Shown here: positions 39,189 through 49,469 of the stretch, in pieces
Layout: every line of letters begins with the position of its first letter
Position numbering within the stretch: the stretch's first letter is position 1
Assembly (NCBI GenBank): GCA_023145515.1
Contig: JAGLDP010000017.1
Coordinates: 1 to 52,254 of the forward strand
Source of the DNA: Bacteroidales bacterium
GTDB lineage: Bacteria > Bacteroidota > Bacteroidia > Bacteroidales > UBA12481
Length of the DNA: 52,254 nt
Reading direction: 5' to 3'
The notes under the pieces: generated by a model
Databases searched by the model: none
What the model saw: the letters and a program-made list of their open reading frames with translations, nothing else
What the model was told of the DNA's origin: nothing
Program-made: the position numbers and the translations under genes

Positions 39189-40976
39189 ATGGCAAACAGA
39201 TTAATCGGATCTTTACCCAAAGTAGGAATTCGCCCGGTCATTGACGGACGCGAGCGTGGTGTTAGAGAGTCTCTTGAAAACCAGTGTATGAATATGGCTC
39301 AAGCAGCAGCCAAATTAATTGAGGATAATCTCCGTTTTCCAAGTGGAGAAAAAGTTGAATGCGTAATTGCAGATACCAATATTGGAGGAGTAGCTGAAGC
39401 CGCAATGTGTGCCGATAAGTTTCAACGTGAAGGTGTAGGAGTTTCTCTTACAGTAACTCCATGCTGGTGTTATGGTACAGAGGTTATGGACACAAACCCA
39501 TTAATCCCAAAAGCTGTCTGGGGATTTAACGGAACAGAACGCCCGGGCGCTGTATACCTTGCAGCAGCACTGGCCGGATATGCCCAAAAAGGCCTTCCAA
39601 CTTTTGGCATTTATGGTAGAGATGTACAGGATGCTGGAGACATGAGTATCCCTGAAGATGTGAAAGAGAAAGTATTGCGATTTGTCAAATCCGGACTAGC
39701 AGTTGCGCAAATGAACGGGAAGTCTTATCTGTCTATCGGATATAGCTCAATGGGAATTGCCGGGTCAATGGTCGACACTAATTTCTTTCAGGATTATCTG
39801 GGAGTTCGTACCGAGTTTGTTGAGTCAGTAGAGATCCTCCGTAGAATTGATGAAGGTGTTTATGATAAAGTTGAATATGCCAAAGCACTGTCATGGACAA
39901 AAGAGAATTGCAAGGAAGGAAAAGATCACAATGCTCCTTCTAAACAGGTTGGTGCGGCCAGGAAAGTACATGAATGGGAAACCGTAGTTAAAATGGCCCT
40001 TATTTGTCGCGACTTAATGGTAGGCAATCCTAAGTTGACAGATATGGGATATCGCGAAGAAGGACTAGGACGAAATGCTATAATGGGTGGATTTCAAGGA
40101 CAAAGACAATGGACAGATTATCAGCCAAATGCCGATTTTCCGGAAGCTATCCTGAATTCTTCTTTTGATTGGAATGGTATAAGAGAAGCTTTTGTATTTG
40201 CTACTGAAAATGACAGTCTGAATGCCGTACCAATGTTGTTTGGACACTTATTATCTAATACAGCTCAGATCTTTTCTGATGTTCGTACCTATTGGAGTCC
40301 TGATGCAGTGAAACGAGTGACTGGAAAAGAATTAGAGGGTACAGCTTCAAATGGGATTATTCATCTGATTAATTCAGGATCTACTACTTTGGATGCTACG
40401 GCTCAACAAAGAGATGCAGACGGAAATCCTGCCATGAAAGCATTCTGGGAGATTAGTGAAGAGGAAGCCCAAAAATGTTTAGATAACACTCAATGGCCAC
40501 AGGCCGATCGTGGATATTTTCGCGGAGGAGGGTATTCATCTCAATTCAAAACAGAGGGTGAAATGCCGGTCACAATGTCACGTGTGAATTTGGTAAAGGG
40601 CATTGGACCAGTACTGCAAATTGCTGAAGGCTGGACAGTTGAGTTGCCAGATGAGATTCATGCCGTACTTGATAAGCGAACTAATCCTACCTGGCCAACC
40701 ACATGGTTTGTTCCTCGTACTGATGGTGAGGGTGCTTTCAAAGATGTGTATACCGTAATGGCCAATTGGGGTGCTAATCATGGAGCTATCAGTTACGGAC
40801 ATATTGGAGCCGATCTGATTACATTGGCATCCATGCTTAGGATTCCAGTTAGCATGCATAACGTTGATACAAACGATGTATTCAGACCAGCAGCCTGGGC
40901 TGCCTTTGGTACAGATAAGGAAGGATCAGATTACAGAGCCTGTGAAAATTATGGACCTCTCTACGGAATAAAATAG
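39189..40976 (+). CDS. fucI: L-fucose isomerase
   Basis: [64 protein letters not shown]. Confidence 0.97.
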   Translation: MANRLIGSLPKVGIRPVIDGRERGVRESLENQCMNMAQAAAKLIEDNLRFPSGEKVECVIADTNIGGVAEAAMCADKFQREGVGVSLTVTPCWCYGTEVMDTNPLIPKAVWGFNGTERPGAVYLAAALAGYAQKGLPTFGIYGRDVQDAGDMSIPEDVKEKVLRFVKSGLAVAQMNGKSYLSIGYSSMGIAGSMVDTNFFQDYLGVRTEFVESVEILRRIDEGVYDKVEYAKALSWTKENCKEGKDHNAPSKQVGAARKVHEWETVVKMALICRDLMVGNPKLTDMGYREEGLGRNAIMGGFQGQRQWTDYQPNADFPEAILNSSFDWNGIREAFVFATENDSLNAVPMLFGHLLSNTAQIFSDVRTYWSPDAVKRVTGKELEGTASNGIIHLINSGSTTLDATAQQRDADGNPAMKAFWEISEEEAQKCLDNTQWPQADRGYFRGGGYSSQFKTEGEMPVTMSRVNLVKGIGPVLQIAEGWTVELPDEIHAVLDKRTNPTWPTTWFVPRTDGEGAFKDVYTVMANWGANHGAISYGHIGADLITLASMLRIPVSMHNVDTNDVFRPAAWAAFGTDKEGSDYRACENYGPLYGIK

Positions 40977-40996
40977 GGAATCAACTATTTTTCATC

Positions 40997-41022
40997 TACC
41001 TTTGTTCGTGTAATGACGAACA
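40997..41022 (+). promoter_or_regulatory. Promoter -7 box and ArsR operator
   Basis: TACCTTTG (40997-41004) adjoining palindrome TGTTCGT-N6-ACGAACA (41003-41022). Confidence 0.72.
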
Positions 41023-41024
41023 GT

Positions 41025-41324
41025 ATGTTTGGAGACAAAGGTATCAGTGTTGAACAAGAAAAAATGGCCAGGTATGCTAAGGCCCTGAGTCATCCTATTC
41101 GAGTTTATGTAATGCAGTTATTATCTAAGCAGTCTTGCTGTTATAGTGGTGATTTGTCTGAGGTACTGCCCATTGCTAAATCAACTCTTTCTCAACATCT
41201 AAAGGAGCTTAAGAATGCCGGTTTAATCCAGGGAGAAATTGAAGCACCCAGAATAAAGTATTGTATTAATAACGAGAATTGGGAAGAAGCCAAAGGCCTC
41301 ATGAAAGCCTTATTGCTTGACTAA
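41025..41324 (+). CDS. arsR: ArsR/SmtB-family repressor
   Basis: KALSHPIR, SCC, STLSQHLKELK.AGLI, YC; start 41025 preferred given the promoter position. Confidence 0.88.
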   Translation: MFGDKGISVEQEKMARYAKALSHPIRVYVMQLLSKQSCCYSGDLSEVLPIAKSTLSQHLKELKNAGLIQGEIEAPRIKYCINNENWEEAKGLMKALLLD

Positions 41325-41341
41325 AAAAATTTAATTAACTC

Positions 41342-41366
41342 GTTCGTTGTTTTGCGAATAACGAAC
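41342..41366 (+). promoter_or_regulatory. Second ArsR-operator-like site
   Basis: TTCG-N8-CGAA (41343-41358), same spacing as 41005-41020, within GTTCGTT...AACGAAC. Confidence 0.55.
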
Positions 41367-41381
41367 AAAAAGACAAAGAAG

Positions 41382-41615
41382 ATGGAAGTTAAAATTTTGG
41401 GCACAGGATGTCAAAAGTGTCACACATTGGAAAAAGCGGTTAGAGATGTTATTGAGGATGAGAATATCACAGCGGATGTTGAAAAAGTAGAGGATATTGT
41501 CGAAATAATGAACTATGGAGTTATGGCTACTCCTGCCTTAGTTGTGGATGGCAAGGTTGTAGTTAAAGGACGAGTGCCATCAGCGAAAGAAATAAGAGAA
41601 TTTTTATCTAATTAA
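41382..41615 (+). CDS. Small thioredoxin-like protein (MTH895/ArsE type)
   Basis: KILGTGCQKC; YGVMATPALVVDG. Confidence 0.88.
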   Translation: MEVKILGTGCQKCHTLEKAVRDVIEDENITADVEKVEDIVEIMNYGVMATPALVVDGKVVVKGRVPSAKEIREFLSN

Positions 41616-41625
41616 TATAGAGATT

Positions 41626-42018
41626 ATGAAAGCTTTTCGATTATTGGGCTTGATTTGTTTACTTTCTTTCTTTAGTGTTTCGGCTAACGAAAGTGTCAAT
41701 TTAATTAAATCTAAGGAAGTAACTGTTTACTACTTCCATGCCACAGGTAGGTGTGCTACTTGTAAGGCAGTTGAAGCGGTTACTCAAAAAGCACTGAAAG
41801 AACTTTATGGAGATAAGGTAGCTTTTACTTCCATCAACAGAGAGAAAGATAAGGAGAATCCTTTGGTAAAAAAGTATAAGATTAACGGACAAACACTACT
41901 TGTTGTGGAGGGTGAGAATGTTGTGAATTTGACTACTGAGGCCTTCTTGAATGCCCGTAAAAAGCCAAAAAAACTCGAATCAAAGTTGAAGCTCACAATA
42001 GATAAAATGCTAAAGTAG
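41626..42018 (+). CDS. ArsF-like exported thioredoxin-fold protein
   Basis: Signal peptide; VYYFHATGRCATC; operon context. Confidence 0.75.
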   Translation: MKAFRLLGLICLLSFFSVSANESVNLIKSKEVTVYYFHATGRCATCKAVEAVTQKALKELYGDKVAFTSINREKDKENPLVKKYKINGQTLLVVEGENVVNLTTEAFLNARKKPKKLESKLKLTIDKMLK

Positions 42019-42020
42019 GC

Positions 42021-42725
42021 ATGGAGTTTTTACAAACCTTGCTGGAAAATTCTCAATTTCCAATTCTTTCTGCATTTATTTTGGGTCTGATGACTGCCAT
42101 AAGTCCTTGTCCACTAGCAACAAATATTACTGCCATTGGCTTTATTAGCAAGGATATCGAAAGCAGACGAAAGGTCTTTGTAAGTGGCTTGATTTATACT
42201 TTGGGTAGAGGAATATCCTATTCTGTGATAGGTTTGCTTTTCTACTTCAGTATAGGGCAATTTGAGCTTTCAGGATTCTTTCAAACCTGGGGTGAGAAGA
42301 TCCTGGGACCCATTTTGGTCATTATTGGTCTCTTTATGCTTGGTATCATAAAGCTTACTATCCCTGGATTTGGATCGCTTACAGAGAGGATGGAAAATAA
42401 ATCTCGCAAAAGCATTTGGGGAGTACTCTTGCTGGGTATGGTATTTGCCCTGGCCTTCTGTCCTTATAGTGGAGTATTATATTTCGGAATGCTGATTCCT
42501 ATGACTGTGAGCAGTGCAAGCGGACTAATTTTACCCTTAGTATTTGCGGTGGGTACAGGAATTCCAGTGATCATTTTTGCCTGGCTGATCGCTTTTAGTG
42601 TAGGTCAAATTGGAGAATTTTATAAAAAGATTAAAGTCTTTGAGTTTTGGTTCAGGCGGGTAGTTGCTGTATTGTTTATCGGCGTTGGTACATATTATAT
42701 CATTCGTCTCATTATTAATCTTTAA
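42021..42725 (+). CDS. ArsG-like (CcdA/DsbD-fold) membrane protein
   Basis: AISPCPLATNI and ALAFCPYSG; about 6 TM segments. Confidence 0.82.
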   Translation: MEFLQTLLENSQFPILSAFILGLMTAISPCPLATNITAIGFISKDIESRRKVFVSGLIYTLGRGISYSVIGLLFYFSIGQFELSGFFQTWGEKILGPILVIIGLFMLGIIKLTIPGFGSLTERMENKSRKSIWGVLLLGMVFALAFCPYSGVLYFGMLIPMTVSSASGLILPLVFAVGTGIPVIIFAWLIAFSVGQIGEFYKKIKVFEFWFRRVVAVLFIGVGTYYIIRLIINL

Positions 42726-42742
42726 TATTCATCGCTTTGAAT

Positions 42743-44053
42743 ATGAAAAAGGATATTAAAACTCTACTATGGATTGTTGCCATCTTTCTGGGTGTCTTTT
42801 TCCTTCCCTTGGAAAATGTCCGATTCAATGAAGCACTTACAGCGACACTGGATCTGGCGAAATGGTATGCACGCGAGCATGTAATTCTCTGCCTCCTTCC
42901 TGCTTTCTTTATTGCCGGAGTGATTTCAGTTTTCGTGAGCCAGGGAGCAGTGATGAAGTATTTTGGTGCTAAGGCAAAAAAATGGGTAGCCTACACTATT
43001 GCTTCTGTTTCAGGAACCATTTTAGCAGTTTGTAGCTGTACTATTCTTCCCCTATTTTCGAGCATACATAAAAGGGGAGCTGGATTAGGTCCGGCTATTG
43101 CATTTTTATACTCTGGTCCGGCTATTAATATTCTGGCTATAATTTTAACCGCCCGGATATTAGGATTTGAAATGGGGATTGCCCGAATTATTGGTGCTGT
43201 TGTTTTTGCCATAGTTATAGGTTCCACAATGTCTTTTATCTACAGAAAGGAAGAAAAAGAAAAGCGAGAAGAGCAGATTAACTTCCCTGATATTCCTGAG
43301 AAGCGTCCAATGTGGAAAACATCCTTCCATTTTTTTGTATTGGTTTTGATCCTGGTTTTTGCAAATTGGGGGAAACCCGGCGAGGGGGTTGAATCTGGTG
43401 GCTGGTATTGGTTGTGGGCTAACAAATGGTTTATTACCGGCGGATTTTCTCTTGTGTTAAGTTTCTCCTTGATATATATTTTGAAGTTACAGTGGATTCA
43501 GGTTGTATTAGTAAGCTCCATAACTGCTATTTCAGCTTTCTTTTTTGCATCGCCCTTGATACCCGTGATTATTGGGATTGCTGGTCTGAGTTTGATCACA
43601 TTACTCGACAAAAACGATCCTGACAATAAGGAATGGACAATTTCAACCTGGGGATTTACTAAACAGATTATGCCCATGCTGGCCATCGGTGTTTTGATTG
43701 CTGGATTCCTTCTGGGCTCAACTCATGATGATACTGCTATTGCTGGAATTATTCCCAATGAGTGGATTGCTAATCTGGTAGGTGGTAATTCCATTTTCTC
43801 TAACTTTTTTGCATCAATTGTTGGAGCCTTCATGTATTTTGCCACCTTAACGGAAGTGCCTATACTACAAGGCCTTATGTCTGCAGGAATGGGCAAAGGC
43901 CCAGCCTTGGCATTATTATTGGCTGGCCCTTCATTGTCATTGCCAAATATGCTGGTAATCAGAGGAGTTTTGGGAACTCAAAAGACCATAGTCTATGTAA
44001 TATTGGTTGTAATCATGGCCACAATATCAGGTTTGATTTTTGGTGCAATCTAA
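42743..44053 (+). CDS. ArsP/DUF318-family permease
   Basis: EHVILCL.PAFFIAG, LAVCSCTILP, MYFATLTEVPI, LLAGPSLSLP. Confidence 0.85.
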   Translation: MKKDIKTLLWIVAIFLGVFFLPLENVRFNEALTATLDLAKWYAREHVILCLLPAFFIAGVISVFVSQGAVMKYFGAKAKKWVAYTIASVSGTILAVCSCTILPLFSSIHKRGAGLGPAIAFLYSGPAINILAIILTARILGFEMGIARIIGAVVFAIVIGSTMSFIYRKEEKEKREEQINFPDIPEKRPMWKTSFHFFVLVLILVFANWGKPGEGVESGGWYWLWANKWFITGGFSLVLSFSLIYILKLQWIQVVLVSSITAISAFFFASPLIPVIIGIAGLSLITLLDKNDPDNKEWTISTWGFTKQIMPMLAIGVLIAGFLLGSTHDDTAIAGIIPNEWIANLVGGNSIFSNFFASIVGAFMYFATLTEVPILQGLMSAGMGKGPALALLLAGPSLSLPNMLVIRGVLGTQKTIVYVILVVIMATISGLIFGAI

Positions 44054-46970
44054 CAATCCCGCTTATCTGATCTCCTTTTTTTAGCGGTTTATCGTCTATC
44101 TTCGCATGAGGTCTGAGGAACCTTTCACTTCCTCCGTTGGAATAGTTAGCGATTAGTAAACGAATTGATTCTTGCTCAATCCAAGATCTTGTATGCTGTT
44201 TGGTATCACTATTTATTTGAATTCCTGTACCAGATAAATTCCTTAGAGAGGTGTAGTAAATGTTATGCTTTGTAGAGGCAAAATCATTGCTACCAATCTT
44301 CGTGCGATCATGACGCCATTCATGTTCGGGTTTAGTGCGAGGACCTACGGGTGTAGCTTCAAATCCTTCCGAAGCTATAGCTGTTCCTTCTAAGCGGGCT
44401 ATATGCCAATCGGGATAAGTTGACCAGTATCCTTTTCGCTTCCAGGAAAGATTCTCATAGCTTTTCGGTAAGTCAAAAACAATGCCCCATTGCCTCGGAC
44501 TTACATCTTCTGTTGATTTGAAATCGTAAGCAATTTTCAACCCTCCACTTGGCGTGAAATCATAAGTATATGTTCCGATTGCCTCTTTATAAGATCCGTG
44601 AACTGTAATGATCTGTTTACCCTGGATGAACACTGTTTCAACAGACTTCAACACCCAATCGGTACAGGTATGAGAATAAGGCTCATAATACTTTGCAGGA
44701 CCATGCATCTGAGTATCCCCTCCATTGTTTAAGGGTAGAATCATCAAATACGGACCAGTAAACACATCACTGGATATTAAGCCTGTTTCTTTGCTGATTT
44801 CATATTCAACTTGTTTGGAGGTAACCAGAATGTGATCTCCATGTTCCTTAAATGAGATGGTGTTTGTTCCCTGCTCTGGAACTTTATAAGTTTTAGTTTC
44901 GGGATAAATATCCAAACTATAGGAGTCGATAACAAAACCACGAGGATCTTCAAAAATGACTTCCAATTTTCCGCCAGTTCCGTTTGCAGTTTTCGATTCA
45001 ATGATCAGCTGTCCTTTTTCTCTGGGTGCAATATCCGCAGAGGCTATCCCATATTTATCACCTAACTTCCATTTTATAGTAAGTCGATTCAAATTAGAAA
45101 AATCTTGTCGGTTTTCTACATCCAGAATGATTTGTTCATTATTATATGAAGTATTCGTTATCCGAATCGGAGAATAGGTTTTCTTCATACCCCACCATTC
45201 TGGTTTCTTCCTTCGCCATCCATCTATTGGTCCCCAGGTACCATACCCCACAGTTCGTTCCTCTATCGATCCATCCGCTTGCGGGTAATCCCAATAGAAA
45301 GTATCATCAATGCCTGCCCAGATTGAACCGCCGGCAACACCTTGAGCATTGTACATCTTTTCCCACATGTCATGAAGGTAGATGCCCCATGTATCACGAA
45401 GAGCAACATCTGTGGCTAACTCATATCGATTGTAGGCATTCAAATGTACAAACTCTCCAAAGCTGATAGGCCGGTGATAATTGGCATATTTCTCCGGACC
45501 AGCAGGACTAGGATAATGGTCTGAACCAATAGCACAAATCATCTGATCTTTCTGTTCATTTTTCACCCAGTCCCAAGGAAAATAGTTAAATGTGAGCGGT
45601 CGGCTTGGATCAAGTGATTTCATGGCTTCTCCGGCGAATTCATAGGCATCACTCCAAATGGATTCATTGGCCATCGACCAGAAAATAATACTAGGATGAT
45701 TTCTATACAAAACTATCATTTCCAAATTCTGAGAAGTGATAGCGTTTTGGATTGCCAATTCATCTCCTTTTGTTTCATGCGACCAGCAAAATGGGCCTTC
45801 ACATTCGATAAACATCCCCAATTCATCAGCGGCCTCCATCAAGGCCTGATCAGGTGGATAGTGGCAAGTTCGGATGTGATTCACGTTTCCTTCACGAAAC
45901 AGCTCAATGTCTTTTCGGTACATCTCTTTTGGAACTACTCTTCCTGTCAAAGGATATACTTCATGTCGGTTTACTCCTCTGAGCTTAACCGCTTGTCCGT
46001 TGATAAATAGCTGATTTCCTTTCACTTCACTTTGCCTGAATCCAAATCGTTGTTTAACCATCTCAATGTTTTTCCCATCCTTTTGCAGATAACAGGTTAG
46101 AACATAAAGATTAGGGTTTTCGCAATCCCATTTTTTTGGATTCTTAACTGGAAAGGATATTTTAAGTTCATATGCCTCACCCACAGGAATCATTTGAGTC
46201 TTTATAGGTGAAAACTGTTCAACAATTTTCCCATTGCTATCCCATGGAGTCAGCTCCAATTGCAGACTCAGATCTTTGGCATCTTTCAAACTTTCATTAG
46301 TCATTTCAATGCGTGTAATCAATGTGGCATCTTTGAAAGAGGCATCAAATTTTGTATTAATGGCCAGGGAACTAATATTGATCTCCGGAAGGGGGAACAA
46401 AGAGACTGATCTGCTTATTCCTCCCAGTGGATGACAGGCATACCTTGACCCACTAGCCAGAGAGTCAGCCAGAGATTCATTCGTAACAGAAAGAATGAGA
46501 GTATTGGCTTTATTAAAATGAACTAAGTCTGTGATATCCAATTCGAACGCAGTGAATCCTCCTAAATGAGAACCTGCAACAGCACCATTAACAAAAATAA
46601 TCGATTCACTATACACTCCATTAAATCGAAGTTTTATCCGTTGATCCTTCCATTCAGCAGGCATGGTGAAGGTTCGGAAATATCCTGCAGCCTGAGCAGA
46701 ATCCACATTAAATCCTTGCATCGACCATTCCCCCGGAACAGTGATATCATTCCAATCAGCAACTCCTTTCAAATTTTCGAAACCTTTTTCAAAAACGGGA
46801 TTGAATTTCCAGGTTCCATCCAAACACAAAGGTTTAACATCTCTGTTATCAAGCATGACAGGAATTGGGGAGATTCTGGGTATAGGAAAAGATGATTGGC
46901 CATTGACATGCGTTCCAAAGGCTAGAATGATTGGAGCCAAAAGGGATAAGAAGAGGATTTTGGTTTTCAT
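44013..46970 (-). CDS. Glycoside hydrolase family 2 (beta-galactosidase-like)
   Basis: LDGTWKF, GISRSV, FGFR, LRGVNRHE, IRTCHYP, NHPSIIFWSMANE, DPSRP; signal peptide from 46970. Confidence 0.9.
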   Translation of the reverse strand: MKTKILFLSLLAPIILAFGTHVNGQSSFPIPRISPIPVMLDNRDVKPLCLDGTWKFNPVFEKGFENLKGVADWNDITVPGEWSMQGFNVDSAQAAGYFRTFTMPAEWKDQRIKLRFNGVYSESIIFVNGAVAGSHLGGFTAFELDITDLVHFNKANTLILSVTNESLADSLASGSRYACHPLGGISRSVSLFPLPEINISSLAINTKFDASFKDATLITRIEMTNESLKDAKDLSLQLELTPWDSNGKIVEQFSPIKTQMIPVGEAYELKISFPVKNPKKWDCENPNLYVLTCYLQKDGKNIEMVKQRFGFRQSEVKGNQLFINGQAVKLRGVNRHEVYPLTGRVVPKEMYRKDIELFREGNVNHIRTCHYPPDQALMEAADELGMFIECEGPFCWSHETKGDELAIQNAITSQNLEMIVLYRNHPSIIFWSMANESIWSDAYEFAGEAMKSLDPSRPLTFNYFPWDWVKNEQKDQMICAIGSDHYPSPAGPEKYANYHRPISFGEFVHLNAYNRYELATDVALRDTWGIYLHDMWEKMYNAQGVAGGSIWAGIDDTFYWDYPQADGSIEERTVGYGTWGPIDGWRRKKPEWWGMKKTYSPIRITNTSYNNEQIILDVENRQDFSNLNRLTIKWKLGDKYGIASADIAPREKGQLIIESKTANGTGGKLEVIFEDPRGFVIDSYSLDIYPETKTYKVPEQGTNTISFKEHGDHILVTSKQVEYEISKETGLISSDVFTGPYLMILPLNNGGDTQMHGPAKYYEPYSHTCTDWVLKSVETVFIQGKQIITVHGSYKEAIGTYTYDFTPSGGLKIAYDFKSTEDVSPRQWGIVFDLPKSYENLSWKRKGYWSTYPDWHIARLEGTAIASEGFEATPVGPRTKPEHEWRHDRTKIGSNDFASTKHNIYYTSLRNLSGTGIQINSDTKQHTRSWIEQESIRLLIANYSNGGSERFLRPHAKIDDKPLKKGDQISGIVRLHQKSNLILWP

Positions 46971-47014
46971 TTTTTTACAAAGCAATTTAGTTTGGACCAT
47001 TGAAACTCATAAAC

Positions 47015-47908
47015 CTACTGGTACAATCGAACCCAATCCACAATCATCTCGATTGGTAGTTCCTCTGGATTTGTAATTTTTCCAGGCCAGCTACCTTCCA
47101 TTTGTTGGTCTAAAAAGAGATAAAAGGGTTGATCAAAGGGCCATTGATAGGTGCCTGCACCTTGCACTTTTGGGTAGGTGATAGTTTCGATTCCATTGAT
47201 GGCATAGACCAGCTTTTCAGGGTACCAGCTCACGCTGTAAACATTGTAACCATCGGGTTCAATTTTACCGGTATCATATTTTTTAGGCACTGTTTGTTTT
47301 AAGTTGATAGTGTAGTGATTGTGTGTGGTCTGGTAAGCAAAGCCATCGTGGTTCAATCGTTCCATGATATCCATTTCACCATTGTGCTGATCAGGGTAGA
47401 TATTTTTTTCTGACAGCATCCAAATGGCTGGCCAGGCACCATAGGCTGGGTCGAGCTTAGCTCTAATCTCTATTCGACCATACTGAAAAGCAAACTTATC
47501 CCAAGTATATATTCCTCCGGTTAAATACGGACGAGGATCTCCGATGAGAGTGTCTTCATTTACAATCCCTCTTAACCTGATATGGTCTTCATCAAATTGA
47601 ACTACCCGATCATCTGTAGCAGTAATGTACCTGAAGCAACCGGTGTTCTCATGCCATTTATCTACTGTTGTTTTCCACTGTGGAGAGGTAAATAAGCCAA
47701 TACGGGTCCAATGGGTCGTATCCAACTCTTTATGGTCAAATTCATCCTCCCAAACCAACTCCCAATCTGTTGAATCGTTTCGTCTATCTTCTTTTTGGAT
47801 AAACATATAGTCATCGATCAAATCATAAGGCTCATTCAATGAGCAGCTTGAAAGAGCATGGCTTAGGATTATTGCTACAATCAAAGGTTGGTAAATTGTG
47901 ATTCTCAT
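47015..47908 (-). CDS. Glycoside hydrolase family 16 lipoprotein
   Basis: WELVWEDEF, YGRIEIRAK, WPAIWML, catalytic GEMDIME, WPFDQPFY; lipobox LSSC. Confidence 0.92.
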   Translation of the reverse strand: MRITIYQPLIVAIILSHALSSCSLNEPYDLIDDYMFIQKEDRRNDSTDWELVWEDEFDHKELDTTHWTRIGLFTSPQWKTTVDKWHENTGCFRYITATDDRVVQFDEDHIRLRGIVNEDTLIGDPRPYLTGGIYTWDKFAFQYGRIEIRAKLDPAYGAWPAIWMLSEKNIYPDQHNGEMDIMERLNHDGFAYQTTHNHYTINLKQTVPKKYDTGKIEPDGYNVYSVSWYPEKLVYAINGIETITYPKVQGAGTYQWPFDQPFYLFLDQQMEGSWPGKITNPEELPIEMIVDWVRLYQ

Positions 47909-49467
47909 TTAACTAGCATTCGTTTGGTTTGTGATAATTCATTTGTTGTAAGCTTATAATAATACAGCCCTGATTTGAATTGGTGGGCTGAAACAGAAAA
48001 GTTATGCTTTCCGGCTGTTTTATATCCTTCATTAAGTCGAATCACCTGTCGACCCAAGCCATCTGTAATGGTTAATGTTACCTCACTATCCTGAGTTAAT
48101 TCGTAGGGAATATGAGTTTCCGAATCAAAAGGATTGGGGTAATTCTTGCCCAGCGAACTTTTTGTCTCAACAGCTCCAACTCCGGAGAGATTGTTGTAAT
48201 CGATTTTAAGCTGATAACGAAACTTCTGATTGCCACGGAAAGAATTAGGTACAGAAATAATTACCAGGTTAATTTCTTCATCTTCCGCTTCAGCAGAATA
48301 AGTGAATGATCCATTAGTCAAGTCTGACATTTCCATTTGATAATATCGGATGGTACTTCCATCTTTCACAACTATCCGTCCTTTAAAAACGGCAGGGTCG
48401 CCGTTTTCACCTTCCGTGTTTCCTTTCAAATGAAATGTATATTCAGCCTTTTCAGAATTCTCAATTTTGTAGACATTATAAGCCCAAGCACGTGTAACGT
48501 AGTCATTCATTGGCTCAATCCATTCTCCGTTGGATCCAGCATTAACAAAGGTATCGACGATGGGATGTACATCATTCATGTCTCCATAATTTTTTAACTC
48601 CAGATAGCTTCTTGCTTCTACACCTGGTGGGAAGAACTCAAAACCACCTACATTATGTGCAGCAAAGTCGGCAAAGAGTTCAGAGAAGGCCTCCGGACCA
48701 ATATGTTTATATAGATATTCCTGTGGAAGCTCTTCCGTCTCGGCAAAGAATCCCCCAACGATGATTTCCGGTGAAATATCCCGCACATCCGTGAGGTAAT
48801 TGATCAGGATATTCATTCCATATTGATGGCAATACCGCTGCCAATTTCCCTGATCCTCGGGCTCCCGGTTATTGAAGGTATACCACATAGGGACCTGAGG
48901 ATTGTAAGTGACACAAGAGGCGGTAACAAATTCATCTTTTGAATTGGGGTGTTTGAGGGCTGCGTACCAATTCGCAGTTGCTTCAATATACCACTGACTA
49001 TCACCACTGTAGGCATATCCCGGAGAATTAGCATTGTATTGAAAAATGTGAAAGCCCTCATGCTGGAGTCCGGGGTTATTGGTGTTGGCATACCCAATTG
49101 GGATCGTTAAATAGGGATATCCATTTGCATCAGTTCCTTGTCCCATCGCCCAACCATCTGGGAATAGGTCGTTCCCATTATGGATATACACATTGTAATA
49201 AAATCCATCAATCGGATTAGGAGGATTCTTCATCTGATATGTGTTCAGGCAATCATTCTGAACTTCCTCAAGGGTATTTAAAAGTTCATCTGCCTGATCG
49301 GCATAATCAAAATCCTTATCCCACCAGGCCACAAAAATACCTTTGGTCTTATGCCCACAGTTCTCAATCGTTGAAAAAGTAGAATTCATTGTTAAATCCT
49401 CCTGCCCAAACGACAACATCGGAGCGATTAGTAGAGCCAATGTAATGCTAATGATATGTTTATTCAT
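47905..49467 (-). CDS. Putative zinc metallopeptidase (HEXXH; DUF6055-like) with T9SS CTD
   Basis: QHEGFHIFQY followed by WYIEATANW; CTD NYPNPF...GLYYYKL...MLVK. Confidence 0.72.
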   Translation of the reverse strand: MNKHIISITLALLIAPMLSFGQEDLTMNSTFSTIENCGHKTKGIFVAWWDKDFDYADQADELLNTLEEVQNDCLNTYQMKNPPNPIDGFYYNVYIHNGNDLFPDGWAMGQGTDANGYPYLTIPIGYANTNNPGLQHEGFHIFQYNANSPGYAYSGDSQWYIEATANWYAALKHPNSKDEFVTASCVTYNPQVPMWYTFNNREPEDQGNWQRYCHQYGMNILINYLTDVRDISPEIIVGGFFAETEELPQEYLYKHIGPEAFSELFADFAAHNVGGFEFFPPGVEARSYLELKNYGDMNDVHPIVDTFVNAGSNGEWIEPMNDYVTRAWAYNVYKIENSEKAEYTFHLKGNTEGENGDPAVFKGRIVVKDGSTIRYYQMEMSDLTNGSFTYSAEAEDEEINLVIISVPNSFRGNQKFRYQLKIDYNNLSGVGAVETKSSLGKNYPNPFDSETHIPYELTQDSEVTLTITDGLGRQVIRLNEGYKTAGKHNFSVSAHQFKSGLYYYKLTTNELSQTKRMLVK

Positions 49468-49469
49468 AA

